A DNA stretch of 64,000 nt from Flavobacteriaceae bacterium (GTDB lineage: Bacteria > Bacteroidota > Bacteroidia > Flavobacteriales > Flavobacteriaceae). The position numbers were made by a program, and so were the translations under genes. Below are positions 10,253-21,130 of this stretch, piece by piece. Each line of letters starts with the position of its first letter. The stretch's first letter is position 1. The stretch spans positions 3,249-67,248 of the forward strand of contig RXJZ01000039.1 in NCBI GenBank assembly GCA_003963025.1. The letters are read 5' to 3'. The notes below the pieces were generated by a model that did not search any database, was not told the origin of the DNA, and saw only the letters and a program-made list of their open reading frames with translations.

Positions 10253-11554
10253 TTATATGGGTTCTGCATACAAATCAAATTCTGTAGCGTCTGTTACTTT
10301 TAAGTTTACAAAATCACCTGTTTTTAAATAGTATTTTGAAGCATCTACTAAAACTTCGTTATCTACATCTGGACTATCAAATTCGGTTCTTCCAATGAAA
10401 TATTGTCCTTCTTTTCTGTCGATAACACATTTGAAAGTTTGTCCAATTTTCTCTTGATTTAAATCCCAAGAAATTTGCGATTGTAAATCCATAATTTCAG
10501 CAGCACGCGCTTGTTTTACTTCGTGAGGAACATCATCTTCTAATGCAAAAGCACCAGTATTTTCTTCATGAGAATAAGTAAAACACCCTAAACGCTCAAA
10601 TTTCATTTCTTGAACCCAATCACGTAGAATTTCGAAATCTTCTTGTGTTTCACCAGGATAACCTACAATTAAAGTAGTTCTTATTGCCATTCCAGGAACA
10701 CGTTCTCTAAATTCTTGTAATAATTTAGTCGTTTTCTCTTTTGTTGTTCCGCGTTTCATCGATTTTAAAATATCATCTGAAATGTGTTGTAATGGAATAT
10801 CAATATAATTACAAATTTTTGGTTCGCGTTTCATTACATCTAAAACGTCCATAGGAAAACCACTTGGAAATGCATAATGCAAACGAATCCACTCAATTCC
10901 TTCTACTTTAACTAAGTTTTCTAATAATTCAGCAAGATTACGTTTTTTGTATAAATCTAATCCGTAATAAGTTAAATCTTGAGCAATTAAAATTAATTCT
11001 TTTACTCCTTTTTTAGCCAAACCTTCCGCCTCTTTAACTAATTTTTCAATAGGTTGCGAAACGTGTTTTCCACGCATTAAAGGTATCGCACAAAAACTAC
11101 AAGGTCTGTCACAACCTTCCGCAATTTTTAAATAGGCGTAATTTTTTGGAGTTGTAGTTAAACGTTCTCCTAATAATTCGTGTTTGTAATCAGCTCCTAA
11201 AGCTTTCAATAAAAGAGGTAATTCTGTAGTTCCAAAATATTGGTCAACATCTGGAATTTCTTTCTCTAAATCAGGACGGTATCTTTCAGACAAACATCCG
11301 GTAACGAATACTTTATCAACTAGACCTTGATCTTTTTTGTCCACATATTCCAAAATCGTATTCACCGATTCTTCTTTTGCATTATCAATAAAACCACAAG
11401 TGTTAATTACTACGATGTTGCCTTCTTCTTCGTGCGCTACATCTTTTCCATTCGCTTTTAGTTGTCCCATTAATACTTCACTGTCGTAAGTGTTTTTAGA
11501 ACATCCAAGTGTAATTACATTGATTTTATTTTTCTTTAACGATTTGGTTCTCAT
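10253..11554 (-). CDS. rimO: Ribosomal protein S12 methylthiotransferase RimO
   Basis: TLGCSKN, NTCGFI, EGCDRPCSFCAIP and a C-terminal TRAM domain. Start set at MRTKSLK. Confidence 0.93.
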   Translation of the reverse strand: MRTKSLKKNKINVITLGCSKNTYDSEVLMGQLKANGKDVAHEEEGNIVVINTCGFIDNAKEESVNTILEYVDKKDQGLVDKVFVTGCLSERYRPDLEKEIPDVDQYFGTTELPLLLKALGADYKHELLGERLTTTPKNYAYLKIAEGCDRPCSFCAIPLMRGKHVSQPIEKLVKEAEGLAKKGVKELILIAQDLTYYGLDLYKKRNLAELLENLVKVEGIEWIRLHYAFPSGFPMDVLDVMKREPKICNYIDIPLQHISDDILKSMKRGTTKEKTTKLLQEFRERVPGMAIRTTLIVGYPGETQEDFEILRDWVQEMKFERLGCFTYSHEENTGAFALEDDVPHEVKQARAAEIMDLQSQISWDLNQEKIGQTFKCVIDRKEGQYFIGRTEFDSPDVDNEVLVDASKYYLKTGDFVNLKVTDATEFDLYAEPI

Positions 11555-11645
11555 GCTTTTAATTTTGATCCCGAACATTCGGTGGGCAAAATTACATAAA
11601 ATAATTAGTAGAAGCACCAGCGATTAGGAATTTTTTAAAGGTTTG

Positions 11646-11688
11646 TCCCGCTGTCCGCTATACAAGGTGTCGCTCCCATCGGGGCTAG
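11646..11688 (+). repeat. Structured intergenic repeat, Flavo-1 RNA motif-like (copy 1)
   Basis: 39/43 identical to 57974-58016, and related to 26646-26707 (-). Confidence 0.6.
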
Positions 11689-11706
11689 CGATTGTGGCTT
11701 GGGTAT

Positions 11707-11738
11707 AAAAAAACCACTTCGATTGAAGAAGTGGTTTG
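11707..11738 (-). terminator. Rho-independent terminator
   Basis: AAACCACTTC...GAAGTGGTTT hairpin with an A-run on + (U-run on -). Confidence 0.7.
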
Positions 11739-11758
11739 ATATCTTGTTTTAATTTTTT

Positions 11759-13306
11759 TTAGAAATTAATAGAATAAGTAACCGTAATATTGTGGTTTGT
11801 AGTTCTTATTCTTGCGGTATCATTCATTCCTGAAGAAATTAAAGACTGGTTGTAATTTCTGTGGTCGTTAGCATAAGCTACATCTAATCTGCTTTCGCCA
11901 AAGTTATAGCCAATTCCTGAAGAATAACCAGTTAAATCTCCCATTGCAAAATCTACTTTGTATGGACTTTCTTCAAAACGATATCCTCCGCGAAGACTCC
12001 ATTGTTTGATTTTGTATTCTCCACCAATTCTTAGTTCATAAGCGTTTTTAAATTGGCTACTCATTTGAGAGTTTAAATCGCTAAAGAAACCATCGTTAGT
12101 TGGTTTAAATTTAATATTGCTGTAATCTTTTGTTGCATAATCAACACTTATTAATCCTTTTTTTCCAAAGATATAAGCGCCACTAAAAGTCCATTTACTT
12201 GGTGTTTGAATTTTGTAGGTTTCGTAAATATTTACAATGTTAGGGTTAACAACATCTTGATAATCTGTTGTTCCGTCAGTAGTTCTCACAATTAAACGTT
12301 GCGATAATTCGTCATTTAAATTATACCATGTTGGAGATTCATAAGCAACACCGGCTCTAAAATTATCGGTGAATTTATAGATTGCCCCTACATTCATAGA
12401 AAATCCTGTTCCGTAAGTGTATAATTCATTATCAAATTGAATATCAGTAACGGTTAAGCCGGAAGAGTATAAGGGGTTGTTGTTGCCTTCATAAACAGAA
12501 GTTGATTTAGTATAATCTGTAAAATGTGCATTTAAATTCAAGCCTAAAAATAATTTATTTTTATAAGCTGTAGCAACGTTTGCTGTTAGTTTTCCATTAA
12601 ATCCAGAGGTTGAAATATAATTTTCGTGGTAATAATCTCCTCCTGTTGGTATATTGGTGTAATAATCAACATTATTTAGGTCAGAGTCGTCAAAAGCTTC
12701 AAATAAGAAAGCCTGGTAGCCCAACATCGCTTGCTGTGCTGGGAATCCCAAGCCTGAAGTTTCTCCTAAGTAAGAATAAAGTTGGGATACAGTTTCTCCA
12801 GGTTGTAATTGCATATACTCTAATGGCAATCCTTGTGCTTTGTCTATAAAATAACCTCCGATAGAATTATAAGGATTCACACCAGCAGAAAAGATATTGT
12901 TGTCAAAATTATTGGTGCTATCATAGTTAAGTGCAACAGCAATTTTTGACCAATCGGAATTTCCAGAACCATCATTAAAAATTAAAACACCTCCTAATTG
13001 ATTTAAATCTAATGTACTTAGATTTTCTTTTGTTCTTGTTCCAAAATAATTAGAACGATTTCCAGTATTAAAATTACTTATCGTGATACTTGCGAAGTTG
13101 TTATTGAAAAATAATGATCCTGCAGGATTTACATTAATTGAAGATAAATCTCCACCAACGGCACCAAAAGCGCCACTCATAGCTCTAAATCTAGCAGTTC
13201 CAGTCAAATTATTTATGGCATATCTTAAAGCATCATTAGTAGTAGTTTCTTGTGCTGTGGCTATTAGAGAACTACCAAAAATTATGGATAATAACAATTT
13301 TTTCAT
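11759..13306 (-). CDS. OmpP1/FadL-family outer-membrane beta-barrel
   Basis: Signal peptide, GTARFRAMSGAFGAVGGDLS..NPAG and a C-terminal Phe. Confidence 0.8.
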   Translation of the reverse strand: MKKLLLSIIFGSSLIATAQETTTNDALRYAINNLTGTARFRAMSGAFGAVGGDLSSINVNPAGSLFFNNNFASITISNFNTGNRSNYFGTRTKENLSTLDLNQLGGVLIFNDGSGNSDWSKIAVALNYDSTNNFDNNIFSAGVNPYNSIGGYFIDKAQGLPLEYMQLQPGETVSQLYSYLGETSGLGFPAQQAMLGYQAFLFEAFDDSDLNNVDYYTNIPTGGDYYHENYISTSGFNGKLTANVATAYKNKLFLGLNLNAHFTDYTKSTSVYEGNNNPLYSSGLTVTDIQFDNELYTYGTGFSMNVGAIYKFTDNFRAGVAYESPTWYNLNDELSQRLIVRTTDGTTDYQDVVNPNIVNIYETYKIQTPSKWTFSGAYIFGKKGLISVDYATKDYSNIKFKPTNDGFFSDLNSQMSSQFKNAYELRIGGEYKIKQWSLRGGYRFEESPYKVDFAMGDLTGYSSGIGYNFGESRLDVAYANDHRNYNQSLISSGMNDTARIRTTNHNITVTYSINF

Positions 13307-13336
13307 TTCAATTTTTTTAATCTTTTAGTGAATTAG

Positions 13337-14278
13337 TTAACCTCTTCCGCCTCTTCCACTGCCACCGCCAGAACGACCTCCGCCTCCGAAACTTCCTCCA
13401 CCAAAACTTCCTCCTGATGAACTTCTTGGTGATGAATAGTTTGTTCTTGGAGAAGAACTGCTTGGTGTTGAGGTTCGAGGTGATTGTGTATTTGTTCTAG
13501 GTGTATATGTGCCTTCTCTAGGTGTTGTATTTTGCGATCTTGGAGTTGCATTGTGCGATCTTGGAGTTGCATTCTGTGTTCTTGGTGAGTTGCTATTAAA
13601 GTTAGGACGTGTGGTGTTTGATCGATTTGAAGTTCTACCACCATTATTATAGTATCCATTTCCTCCTCTTCGACCATGATTGTAGGAAACATTGTTGCTG
13701 TAATATCCATTGTATCCCCATCCTAGACCATAGTAACCTCCCCAATTAATTCCATAATAGCCTCCCCAGCCTAGACCATAGTAGCTATTCCATCCCCAAC
13801 CTGTTCCGTACCAATTATTCCATCCCCAATAAGGTGAATACCAACTATTCCATCCAAAATTCCATGGGCTTCCCCAATAAGGCGAATACCAATTGTTCCA
13901 TCCCCATCCGTTATTATAGTAGTTTATCGTAACATCAGATGAATTGTTACCCCAGCCAGCATAATTATTGTTTGAGTCATTTTTATAAACAGTAACAACA
14001 GTGTCTTGTTCTTGGGTGTTATAGTTGTCTACATCTGTAAAATAGGTGTAATCATCTTGCATGTTTCTAAATTGCAGAGCGTATTTGTTTGATTGATCAG
14101 TATTTTGCTCAGAATCTTTATTTTCCGTTTGAGTGTTTGATTTTTCAGAACCATACACACCATCATTATCGTAGTAAGACGAATTTTGGTAGGAACCACA
14201 AGAACTTGTGATTACTGCCAATAATCCAAACAAAGAAAATATGGCATTTTTTTGGGTATGTAAGTAATAAGTTTTCAT
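13337..14278 (-). CDS. Low-complexity lipoprotein (W/G/N/Y-rich core, TPR(S/T) repeats, RGG tail)
   Basis: Lipobox ITSS-C. Start set at MKTYY (14278). Ends 30 bp before the FadL-like gene. Confidence 0.75.
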   Translation of the reverse strand: MKTYYLHTQKNAIFSLFGLLAVITSSCGSYQNSSYYDNDGVYGSEKSNTQTENKDSEQNTDQSNKYALQFRNMQDDYTYFTDVDNYNTQEQDTVVTVYKNDSNNNYAGWGNNSSDVTINYYNNGWGWNNWYSPYWGSPWNFGWNSWYSPYWGWNNWYGTGWGWNSYYGLGWGGYYGINWGGYYGLGWGYNGYYSNNVSYNHGRRGGNGYYNNGGRTSNRSNTTRPNFNSNSPRTQNATPRSHNATPRSQNTTPREGTYTPRTNTQSPRTSTPSSSSPRTNYSSPRSSSGGSFGGGSFGGGGRSGGGSGRGGRG

Positions 14279-14379
14279 AACTCTTATTTTTTTATTGTTG
14301 GACACTTCAAATTTAACTATTTTTGCCAAACAAATTAGTTAAAAATTATACAAACAATTTTTGTGCCAAAATATTCATA

Positions 14380-15858
14380 ATGAGCAAGAACTTAACAACA
14401 AGAGCGGAAGATTATTCCAAATGGTATAACGAACTAGTCGTAAAGGCTGATTTAGCAGAAAATTCAGGAGTAAGAGGATGTATGGTGATTAAGCCATATG
14501 GCTATGCAATTTGGGAAAAAATGCAAGCTGAACTAGATAGAATGTTTAAAGAAACTGGGCATAGTAATGCTTATTTCCCCTTGTTTGTTCCAAAAAGTAT
14601 GTTTGAGGCAGAAGAGAAAAATGCGGAAGGTTTTGCTAAAGAATGCGCTATCGTAACACATTACAGATTAAAAACGGATGAAGAAAATAAAGGGAAATTA
14701 ATTGTTGATCCTAATGCTAAATTAGAGGAAGAGTTAATTGTACGTCCAACTTCTGAAGCTATTATTTGGTCTACTTATAAAGGTTGGGTGCAGTCTTACC
14801 GCGATTTACCTTTGCTAATCAATCAATGGGCTAATGTGGTTCGTTGGGAAATGAGAACGCGTTTGTTTTTAAGAACAGCTGAGTTTTTATGGCAAGAAGG
14901 GCATACAGCTCACGCAACACGTCAAGAAGCGATTGAGGAATCTGAGAAAATGATGAATGTGTATGCGGATTTTGTTCAAAATTTCATGGCAATTCCTGTT
15001 ATTAAAGGTTTAAAAACCGAAACAGAAAGATTCGCAGGAGCAGATGAAACCTATTGTATCGAAGCTTTAATGCAAGATGGAAAAGCATTGCAAGCAGGGA
15101 CTTCACATTTCTTAGGTCAAAATTTTGCCAAAGCTTTTGATGTGAAATTTGCGAATAAAGAAGGAAAGCAAGAGCACGTTTGGGGAACTTCTTGGGGAGT
15201 TTCAACGCGTTTGATGGGTGCTTTAGTAATGACGCATTCTGATGATAAAGGACTGGTATTGCCTCCAAACTTAGCGCCAATTCAAGTGGTGATTGTTCCA
15301 ATTTATAAGACTGATGAGCAGTTTGATGCTATTTCTGAACAAGTAAATGTTTTAGTTGCAGAATTGAGAAAATTAGGCATTTCGGTTAAATATGATAATA
15401 GAGATACTCAAAAACCAGGTTTCAAATTTGCGGAATGGGAATTAAAAGGCGTTCCAGTTCGTATTGCAGTTGGACCAAATGATTTAGAAAACGGAACTTA
15501 CGAAATTGCTCGTAGAGATAATTTGTCTAAAGAAGTTGTTTCTAAAGATGGAGTAGTAAATTACATTCAAAATTTATTGACAACAATACAAAATGACTTG
15601 TTCGCTAGAGCGTTAGATTACAGAAACACTCATATTACAGAAGTGAATTCTTTTGAAGAGTTTAAAGAAGTTTTAGAAACAAAAGGTGGTTTCTTAGCGG
15701 CGCATTGGGATGGAACAGCAGAAACTGAAGAAAAAATCAAAGAATTAACAAAAGCAACCATTCGTTGTATCGCCTTAGATAGAGTAGAAGAAGCTGGGAC
15801 TTGTGTTTTAACAGGAAAACCTTCATCAGGAAGAGTCTTATTTGCAAAGGCTTACTAA
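14380..15858 (+). CDS. proS: Proline--tRNA ligase (archaeal/eukaryote-like type)
   Basis: [31 protein letters not shown] and C-terminal FAKAY. Start at MSKNL. Confidence 0.95.
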   Translation: MSKNLTTRAEDYSKWYNELVVKADLAENSGVRGCMVIKPYGYAIWEKMQAELDRMFKETGHSNAYFPLFVPKSMFEAEEKNAEGFAKECAIVTHYRLKTDEENKGKLIVDPNAKLEEELIVRPTSEAIIWSTYKGWVQSYRDLPLLINQWANVVRWEMRTRLFLRTAEFLWQEGHTAHATRQEAIEESEKMMNVYADFVQNFMAIPVIKGLKTETERFAGADETYCIEALMQDGKALQAGTSHFLGQNFAKAFDVKFANKEGKQEHVWGTSWGVSTRLMGALVMTHSDDKGLVLPPNLAPIQVVIVPIYKTDEQFDAISEQVNVLVAELRKLGISVKYDNRDTQKPGFKFAEWELKGVPVRIAVGPNDLENGTYEIARRDNLSKEVVSKDGVVNYIQNLLTTIQNDLFARALDYRNTHITEVNSFEEFKEVLETKGGFLAAHWDGTAETEEKIKELTKATIRCIALDRVEEAGTCVLTGKPSSGRVLFAKAY

Positions 15859-15897
15859 AAAAAGAGTAAAAAAAGCGAAAAAAAAATATTGATGCTA

Positions 15898-15927
15898 TTG
15901 CAGGAATAAAAAATGTGTTTATCTTTG
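15898..15927 (+). promoter_or_regulatory. Bacteroidota promoter (-33 TTG, -7 TATCTTTG) for the tRNA genes
   Basis: TTG at 15898-15900, 19-nt spacer, TATCTTTG at 15920-15927. Confidence 0.7.
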
Positions 15928-15974
15928 CACTCGCATTACGGAAATGAGGTCTTTTAGACTTTAAAGTACGAGAT

Positions 15975-16046
15975 GGCCCGTTCGTCTATCGGTTAGGACG
16001 CCAGGTTTTCATCCTGGTAAGAGGGGTTCGATTCCCCTACGGGCTA
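15975..16046 (+). tRNA. tRNA-Glu(UUC)
   Basis: GGCCCGT acceptor stem, CCAGG-TTTTCAT-CCTGG anticodon arm, GGTTCGATTCC T-arm. CCA is not encoded. Confidence 0.95.
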
Positions 16047-16071
16047 CATATTGAAAATAGAATTGGTTAAT

Positions 16072-16143
16072 GGCCCGTTCGTCTATCGGTTAGGACGCCA
16101 GGTTTTCATCCTGGTAAGAGGGGTTCGATTCCCCTACGGGCTA
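16072..16143 (+). tRNA. tRNA-Glu(UUC), identical second copy
   Basis: Identical 72-nt sequence. Confidence 0.95.
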
Positions 16144-16299
16144 CAAAATTAGTTGTGAAATAGTTTTATAAAATAAAGGGTAGTGTCTCATTCTTTATTT
16201 TATTAGTTAAAACCAAAGTGTTTGCCTAGGTAAATGTGGGAGGTTTTTCTTTTTTAACTAATAGTTTATAACAATTATTACAATTAAAAAAAGTACAAA

Positions 16300-16551
16300 A
16301 TGGCAAATCATAAATCTGCTTTAAAAAGAATTAGAAGTAACGAGAAAAGAAGAGTGTTAAATAGATATCAACACAAAACTACTCGTAACGCTATCAAAGC
16401 TATTCGTTTAGCTACTGATAAAGCTGAAGCTTCTGCTAAATTATCTTCTGTAATTTCTATGATTGATAAATTAGCTAAGAAAAACATTATCCATGATAAT
16501 AAAGCTTCTAACTTAAAATCTAAATTAACTAAACACGTAGCTTCTTTATAG
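16300..16551 (+). CDS. rpsT: 30S ribosomal protein S20
   Basis: MANHKSALKRIR...IHDNKASNLKSKL. Confidence 0.96.
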   Translation: MANHKSALKRIRSNEKRRVLNRYQHKTTRNAIKAIRLATDKAEASAKLSSVISMIDKLAKKNIIHDNKASNLKSKLTKHVASL

Positions 16552-16575
16552 TCTACTGTTAGTGAAATATACTAA

Positions 16576-16600
16576 AGCTCTCGTTTCGAGAGCTTTTTTT
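16576..16600 (+). terminator. Rho-independent terminator
   Basis: AAAGCTCTCG-ttt-CGAGAGCTTT followed by a T-run. Confidence 0.85.
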
Positions 16601-16695
16601 ATACGTTACTATTATGTTATTTCTACTAAAGTATTGATTACTATAGTGTTTTTATGAAAATAAACATTACCTTTGCACCTTCAAAAATTTTATAA

Positions 16696-18495
16696 ATGAC
16701 TTCTATTAGAAACATCGCAATTATTGCCCACGTTGACCACGGTAAAACTACTTTGGTTGATAAAATTATGTACCACTGTCAGTTGTTTCGTGAAAACGAA
16801 AACACAGGAGATTTAATCTTAGATAATAATGACTTAGAGCGTGAAAGAGGTATTACTATTACTTCTAAAAACGTTTCTGTAACTTACAAAGGAACAAAAA
16901 TCAACATTATCGATACTCCAGGTCACGCCGATTTTGGTGGTGAAGTAGAGCGTGTACTTAATATGGCAGATGGTGTTTGTCTTTTAGTAGATGCTTTTGA
17001 AGGACCAATGCCACAAACGCGTTTCGTATTACAAAAAGCGATTGACTTAGGATTGAAACCTTGTGTGGTTATTAACAAAGTAGATAAAGAAAACTGTACT
17101 CCAGAAGAAGTACATGAAAAAGTTTTCGACTTAATGTTTGAATTAGGTGCTACTGAAGAGCAGTTAGATTTCCCAACAGTTTACGGTTCGGCTAAAAACA
17201 ACTGGATGTCTGATGACTTTAGAAATCAAACGGAAAATATTGAGCCTTTGTTAGATATGGTTTTGGAACATGTTCCAGCTCCTAAAGTTTCTGAGGGAAC
17301 GCCTCAAATGTTAATCACATCTTTAGATTTCTCTTCGTTCACAGGTCGTATCGCGATTGGTCGTTTACAAAGAGGTGTTTTACGTGAAGGAATGAATGTT
17401 TCTTTAGTAAAAAGAGATGGAAAAATAAGCAAATCAAAAATCAAAGAATTACATACTTTTGAAGGTTTAGGTCGTAAAAAAGTAGAAGAAGTTGTTGCAG
17501 GTGATATCTGTGCATTAGTTGGTTTAGAAGGTTTTGAAATTGGTGATACAGTTGCTGATTTTGAAAATCCAGAAGCATTAGAAACTATTGCTATTGATGA
17601 GCCAACAATGAGTATGTTATTTACAATTAACGATTCGCCTTTCTTTGGTAAAGAAGGTAAATTTGTAACTTCTCGTCACATTAAAGATCGTTTGAATAAA
17701 GAATTAGAGAAAAACTTAGCATTAAGAGTTAACGAAACGGATTCTGCTGATAAATTCTTAGTGTTTGGTCGTGGTGTACTTCACTTATCGGTTTTAATTG
17801 AAACTATGAGAAGAGAAGGATATGAGTTACAAATTGGGCAACCACAAGTTATCATTAAAGAAATCGATGGTGTTAAATGTGAGCCAATTGAAGAATTAAC
17901 AGTTGATTTGCCAGAAAATCTTTCAGGTAGAGCGGTTGAATTTGTAACGATTCGTAAAGGTGAAATGTTATCTATGGAGCCTAAAGGTGAGCGTATGATT
18001 ATTAAATTCAACATTCCATCTCGTGGAATTATTGGATTGAGAAATCAATTATTGACTGCTACTGCTGGTGAAGCTATTATGTCGCACCGTTTTATTGATT
18101 ACCAACCCTTCAAAGGTGAAATTCCTGGACGTTTAGGTGGTTCATTAATTTCTATGGAAAACGGAAAAGCAATTCCTTATTCTATTGATAAATTACAAGA
18201 CAGAGGTAAATTCTTCGTTGATCCGAATGAAGATATCTATGAAGGTCAGGTAATTGGTGAAAATTCACGTGGAGATGATATGGTGGTGAATGTAACTAAA
18301 ACTAAAAAATTAACAAATGTACGTTCTTCTGGAAATGATGATAAAGCAAGAATTATTCCTGCAATCAAATTCTCATTAGAAGAAGCATTAGAGTACATTC
18401 AAAAAGATGAGTATGTTGAGGTAACACCAAAATCGTTACGTTTACGTAAAATCTATTTGAATGAAAACGATAGAAAACGTTTCAAAATAGCATAA
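16696..18495 (+). CDS. typA: Translational GTPase TypA/BipA
   Basis: AHVDHGKTT, DTPGHADF, NKVD, GRGVLHLSVLIETMRREG. Upstream -7 element TACCTTTG at 16668. Confidence 0.96.
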   Translation: MTSIRNIAIIAHVDHGKTTLVDKIMYHCQLFRENENTGDLILDNNDLERERGITITSKNVSVTYKGTKINIIDTPGHADFGGEVERVLNMADGVCLLVDAFEGPMPQTRFVLQKAIDLGLKPCVVINKVDKENCTPEEVHEKVFDLMFELGATEEQLDFPTVYGSAKNNWMSDDFRNQTENIEPLLDMVLEHVPAPKVSEGTPQMLITSLDFSSFTGRIAIGRLQRGVLREGMNVSLVKRDGKISKSKIKELHTFEGLGRKKVEEVVAGDICALVGLEGFEIGDTVADFENPEALETIAIDEPTMSMLFTINDSPFFGKEGKFVTSRHIKDRLNKELEKNLALRVNETDSADKFLVFGRGVLHLSVLIETMRREGYELQIGQPQVIIKEIDGVKCEPIEELTVDLPENLSGRAVEFVTIRKGEMLSMEPKGERMIIKFNIPSRGIIGLRNQLLTATAGEAIMSHRFIDYQPFKGEIPGRLGGSLISMENGKAIPYSIDKLQDRGKFFVDPNEDIYEGQVIGENSRGDDMVVNVTKTKKLTNVRSSGNDDKARIIPAIKFSLEEALEYIQKDEYVEVTPKSLRLRKIYLNENDRKRFKIA

Positions 18496-18500
18496 TTTTT

Positions 18501-18527
18501 AAATCCCGATGAAAGTCGGGATTTTTT
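18501..18527 (+). terminator. Rho-independent terminator
   Basis: AAATCCCGA...TCGGGATTTTTT. Confidence 0.75.
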
Positions 18528-18540
18528 AGCATTATATAGA

Positions 18541-18975
18541 ATGGAAATAAAATTAAAATACGGAATTGACAATTTGCTTTTTGGAATGAAAGAGCAAGAT
18601 GTAATTAAAATTTTGGGTAAACCCGATTCAAGTTACAAAGATGAAGACGAAAATGTTGTTTTTATTTACAATTCAAGAAAACTACGTTTAACTTTCTACA
18701 AAGAAGAAGACTTTAGATTAGGTTATATGACGACTTCTAATTCAATGGTAAAGTTGTTCAACAGTTCTTTAATTGGTAAAAATTGGAGTGAAGTATATCC
18801 AATTTTGGAGAAGAATAAAGTTAAATATTTTGAGTCAGATACTACAGAAGGAATATTAAGTTATTTTAACGAAGAAAACTGGTTGTTTTTTCACCTAGAT
18901 TATAATGAAATAGTTAAGATTGAACTTGGTGCAGTTTTCAAAGAAAAAGAAGATGATTTCGATTGGAAATTTTAA
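18541..18975 (+). CDS. Hypothetical protein
   Basis: 144-aa ORF with normal composition, lying between two terminators. Confidence 0.7.
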   Translation: MEIKLKYGIDNLLFGMKEQDVIKILGKPDSSYKDEDENVVFIYNSRKLRLTFYKEEDFRLGYMTTSNSMVKLFNSSLIGKNWSEVYPILEKNKVKYFESDTTEGILSYFNEENWLFFHLDYNEIVKIELGAVFKEKEDDFDWKF

Positions 18976-18983
18976 TAGTAATG

Positions 18984-19015
18984 AATAAGCCGCTAAATTA
19001 TTTTAGCGGCTTATT
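18984..19015. terminator. Bidirectional terminator-like hairpin
   Basis: AATAAGCCGCTAAA...TTTAGCGGCTTATT between convergent genes. Confidence 0.75.
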
Positions 19016-19017
19016 TA

Positions 19018-20028
19018 TTATTGATTGATTTTAATTAATTCAACTTCAAAAATTAAATCTGTATTTGGTGGTATAACACCACCTGCGCCTCTTTCGCCGT
19101 ATGCTAAATTTGAAGGGATGTAAAATTTATATTTTGAACCTTCTGACATTAATTGAACGCCTTCTGTCCAACCTTTGATTACTTGGTTCAAACCAAAATC
19201 AATTGTTTCACCTCTTTGTACACTACTATCAAAAACTTTTCCGTCTAAGAACATTCCAGTATAGTGTACTTTAACGTTACTGGTTGCAACTGGTTTATTA
19301 CCTGTTCCTTCTTGTAAAACGATATATTTTAAACCGCTAGGAGTTGTGGCAGCATTAGCAAATTCTTTCAAAGCTTTTTCTTTTGCCTCTTTTTGTTTTT
19401 CAGCGGCTAATTTGTCAGCAGCTTCTTTTTTAACGAAGTATTCTGCGAAAGTTTTTTCAGCATTGAATTTTTTAGCTTCTTTGCCCACTCTAATGATTTT
19501 TATAGAAGTAATCACGTCATTTTGGGCAACTTTGTCAACTACTTCTTGGCCACTTATTACATGTCCAAAAACAGTATGTTTGCCATCTAGCCAAGGTGTA
19601 GCTTTGTGGGTAATGAAAAATTGACTTCCATTTGTAGCTGGTCCTGCATTAGCCATTGATAGTATTCCTTTTCCAGAATGTTTTAAATCGGCCACGATTT
19701 CATCTTCAAATTTATATCCTGGTCCAGCAGTACCGGTACCTTCTGGGCAACCACCTTGAATCATGAAGTCGGCTATAACTCTATGAAATTTTAATCCATT
19801 ATAGAATGGTTTTCCTTTAAATTTTGCATCTGCTTTTGGATTTTTGCCTTCTGCAAGCGAAATAAAGTTAGCAACTGTAATAGGTGTTTTTTTGTATTCT
19901 AAAGTTGCAACAATTTTTCCTTTTGATGTATTAAATTCAGCAAAAATTCCTTCTTGTGTATTATTTTGTGCTATACTGAATGTGGTGTAGCTAATTATTA
20001 GTACTAATAAATTAGAAATTTTTTTCAT
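19018..20028 (-). CDS. Cyclophilin-FKBP fusion peptidyl-prolyl isomerase
   Basis: [31 protein letters not shown] plus FKBP VHYTG...VIKGW...IPPN. Confidence 0.92.
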   Translation of the reverse strand: MKKISNLLVLIISYTTFSIAQNNTQEGIFAEFNTSKGKIVATLEYKKTPITVANFISLAEGKNPKADAKFKGKPFYNGLKFHRVIADFMIQGGCPEGTGTAGPGYKFEDEIVADLKHSGKGILSMANAGPATNGSQFFITHKATPWLDGKHTVFGHVISGQEVVDKVAQNDVITSIKIIRVGKEAKKFNAEKTFAEYFVKKEAADKLAAEKQKEAKEKALKEFANAATTPSGLKYIVLQEGTGNKPVATSNVKVHYTGMFLDGKVFDSSVQRGETIDFGLNQVIKGWTEGVQLMSEGSKYKFYIPSNLAYGERGAGGVIPPNTDLIFEVELIKINQ

Positions 20029-20029
20029 T

Positions 20030-21124
20030 TTATTTGTTATTTAATGGTTTAAATTCTAAGAGTTCAATTTCAAATACAATATTTGCGTTAGGTGGAATAA
20101 CATCACCAGCACCTTCTTGAGCATATCCTAATTCTGATGGAATAAATAACATTAATTTGTCTCCAAAATTCATCATGTTAATTCCTTCAATGAAACCAGG
20201 TATAAATTGCAAATTACCTATTGTTGATGGAATTGGAGTATAACCGCCTTGCTGTGCTCTTTGAATATTATATTTGCCAAATAATTTCGCAATATCTTCA
20301 TAGCTTGTGTCAAAAAGCTGACCATTTTCTAAAAATCCAGCATAGTTTATGTTAACTTGTGTTCCGTTTGAAGGTTTATTATTACTACCTTTTTTAATGA
20401 TTTTGTAAATTAAACCTGATTTTGTTTTTGTACCGGATGTTTTTAGTATGGTAATTTCTTTTGCTTTTTCTTCAATGATTTGTTTTGCTTTTTCTTCAGC
20501 TTCAATAATTTCTTTTTCTACTAAAGAATAGTAATTTTTAAATATTTTTACTGCATCAAATTTCTTTGCATTATTTCCAATTCTAATTATTTGGATTTTT
20601 TCAATTACATCGTCAGATTCAATTGCATTTACGATTTCTAAACCTTCAACGACTTCACCAAAAACAGTATGTAAATTATCTAACCAAGGTGTTTCTTTGT
20701 GAGTTATGAAAAATTGGCTACCATTGGTACTTGGGCCAGCATTTGCCATTGATAAAATTCCTGCTTTAGAGTGTTTTAAAGCGGGATGAAATTCGTCTTT
20801 GAATTTATAACCAGGACCACCAGAACCATCTCCGTTTGGATCGCCACCTTGAATCATGAAGTCAGCAATAACTCGATGAAATTTCAATCCGTCGTAAAAA
20901 GGTTTGCCTTTAAATTCTTCGCTAACAAATGGATTTTTACCTTCGGCTAATGTTACGAAATTGGCAACGGTATTGGGAACTTTTTCAAATTCTAATTTTA
21001 CGACTATACTTCCTTTTGAAGTTTCGATATTAGCATATAATCCTTCTTGCAGGTTGTCGTATGATTTAGTGCATGAAGCAAATAGTGTAACAAAACTTAG
21101 TAGTAAAAGGGCTTTAATTTTCAT
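20030..21124 (-). CDS. Cyclophilin-FKBP fusion PPIase, lipoprotein paralog
   Basis: Lipobox FAS-C and the same two domains. Confidence 0.9.
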   Translation of the reverse strand: MKIKALLLLSFVTLFASCTKSYDNLQEGLYANIETSKGSIVVKLEFEKVPNTVANFVTLAEGKNPFVSEEFKGKPFYDGLKFHRVIADFMIQGGDPNGDGSGGPGYKFKDEFHPALKHSKAGILSMANAGPSTNGSQFFITHKETPWLDNLHTVFGEVVEGLEIVNAIESDDVIEKIQIIRIGNNAKKFDAVKIFKNYYSLVEKEIIEAEEKAKQIIEEKAKEITILKTSGTKTKSGLIYKIIKKGSNNKPSNGTQVNINYAGFLENGQLFDTSYEDIAKLFGKYNIQRAQQGGYTPIPSTIGNLQFIPGFIEGINMMNFGDKLMLFIPSELGYAQEGAGDVIPPNANIVFEIELLEFKPLNNK

Positions 21125-21130
21125 TTGGGA

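Noticed and set aside
13333-13710. 125-aa alternative-frame ORF within the low-complexity lipoprotein gene
   Set aside because: The open frame is explained by the repetitive, stop-poor sequence, and there is no independent evidence for it.
15975-16143. Duplicated tRNA-Glu as a possible att site or island boundary
   Set aside because: Both copies are full length and 25 bp apart, with no integrase or cargo. This is an ordinary tandem tRNA pair.
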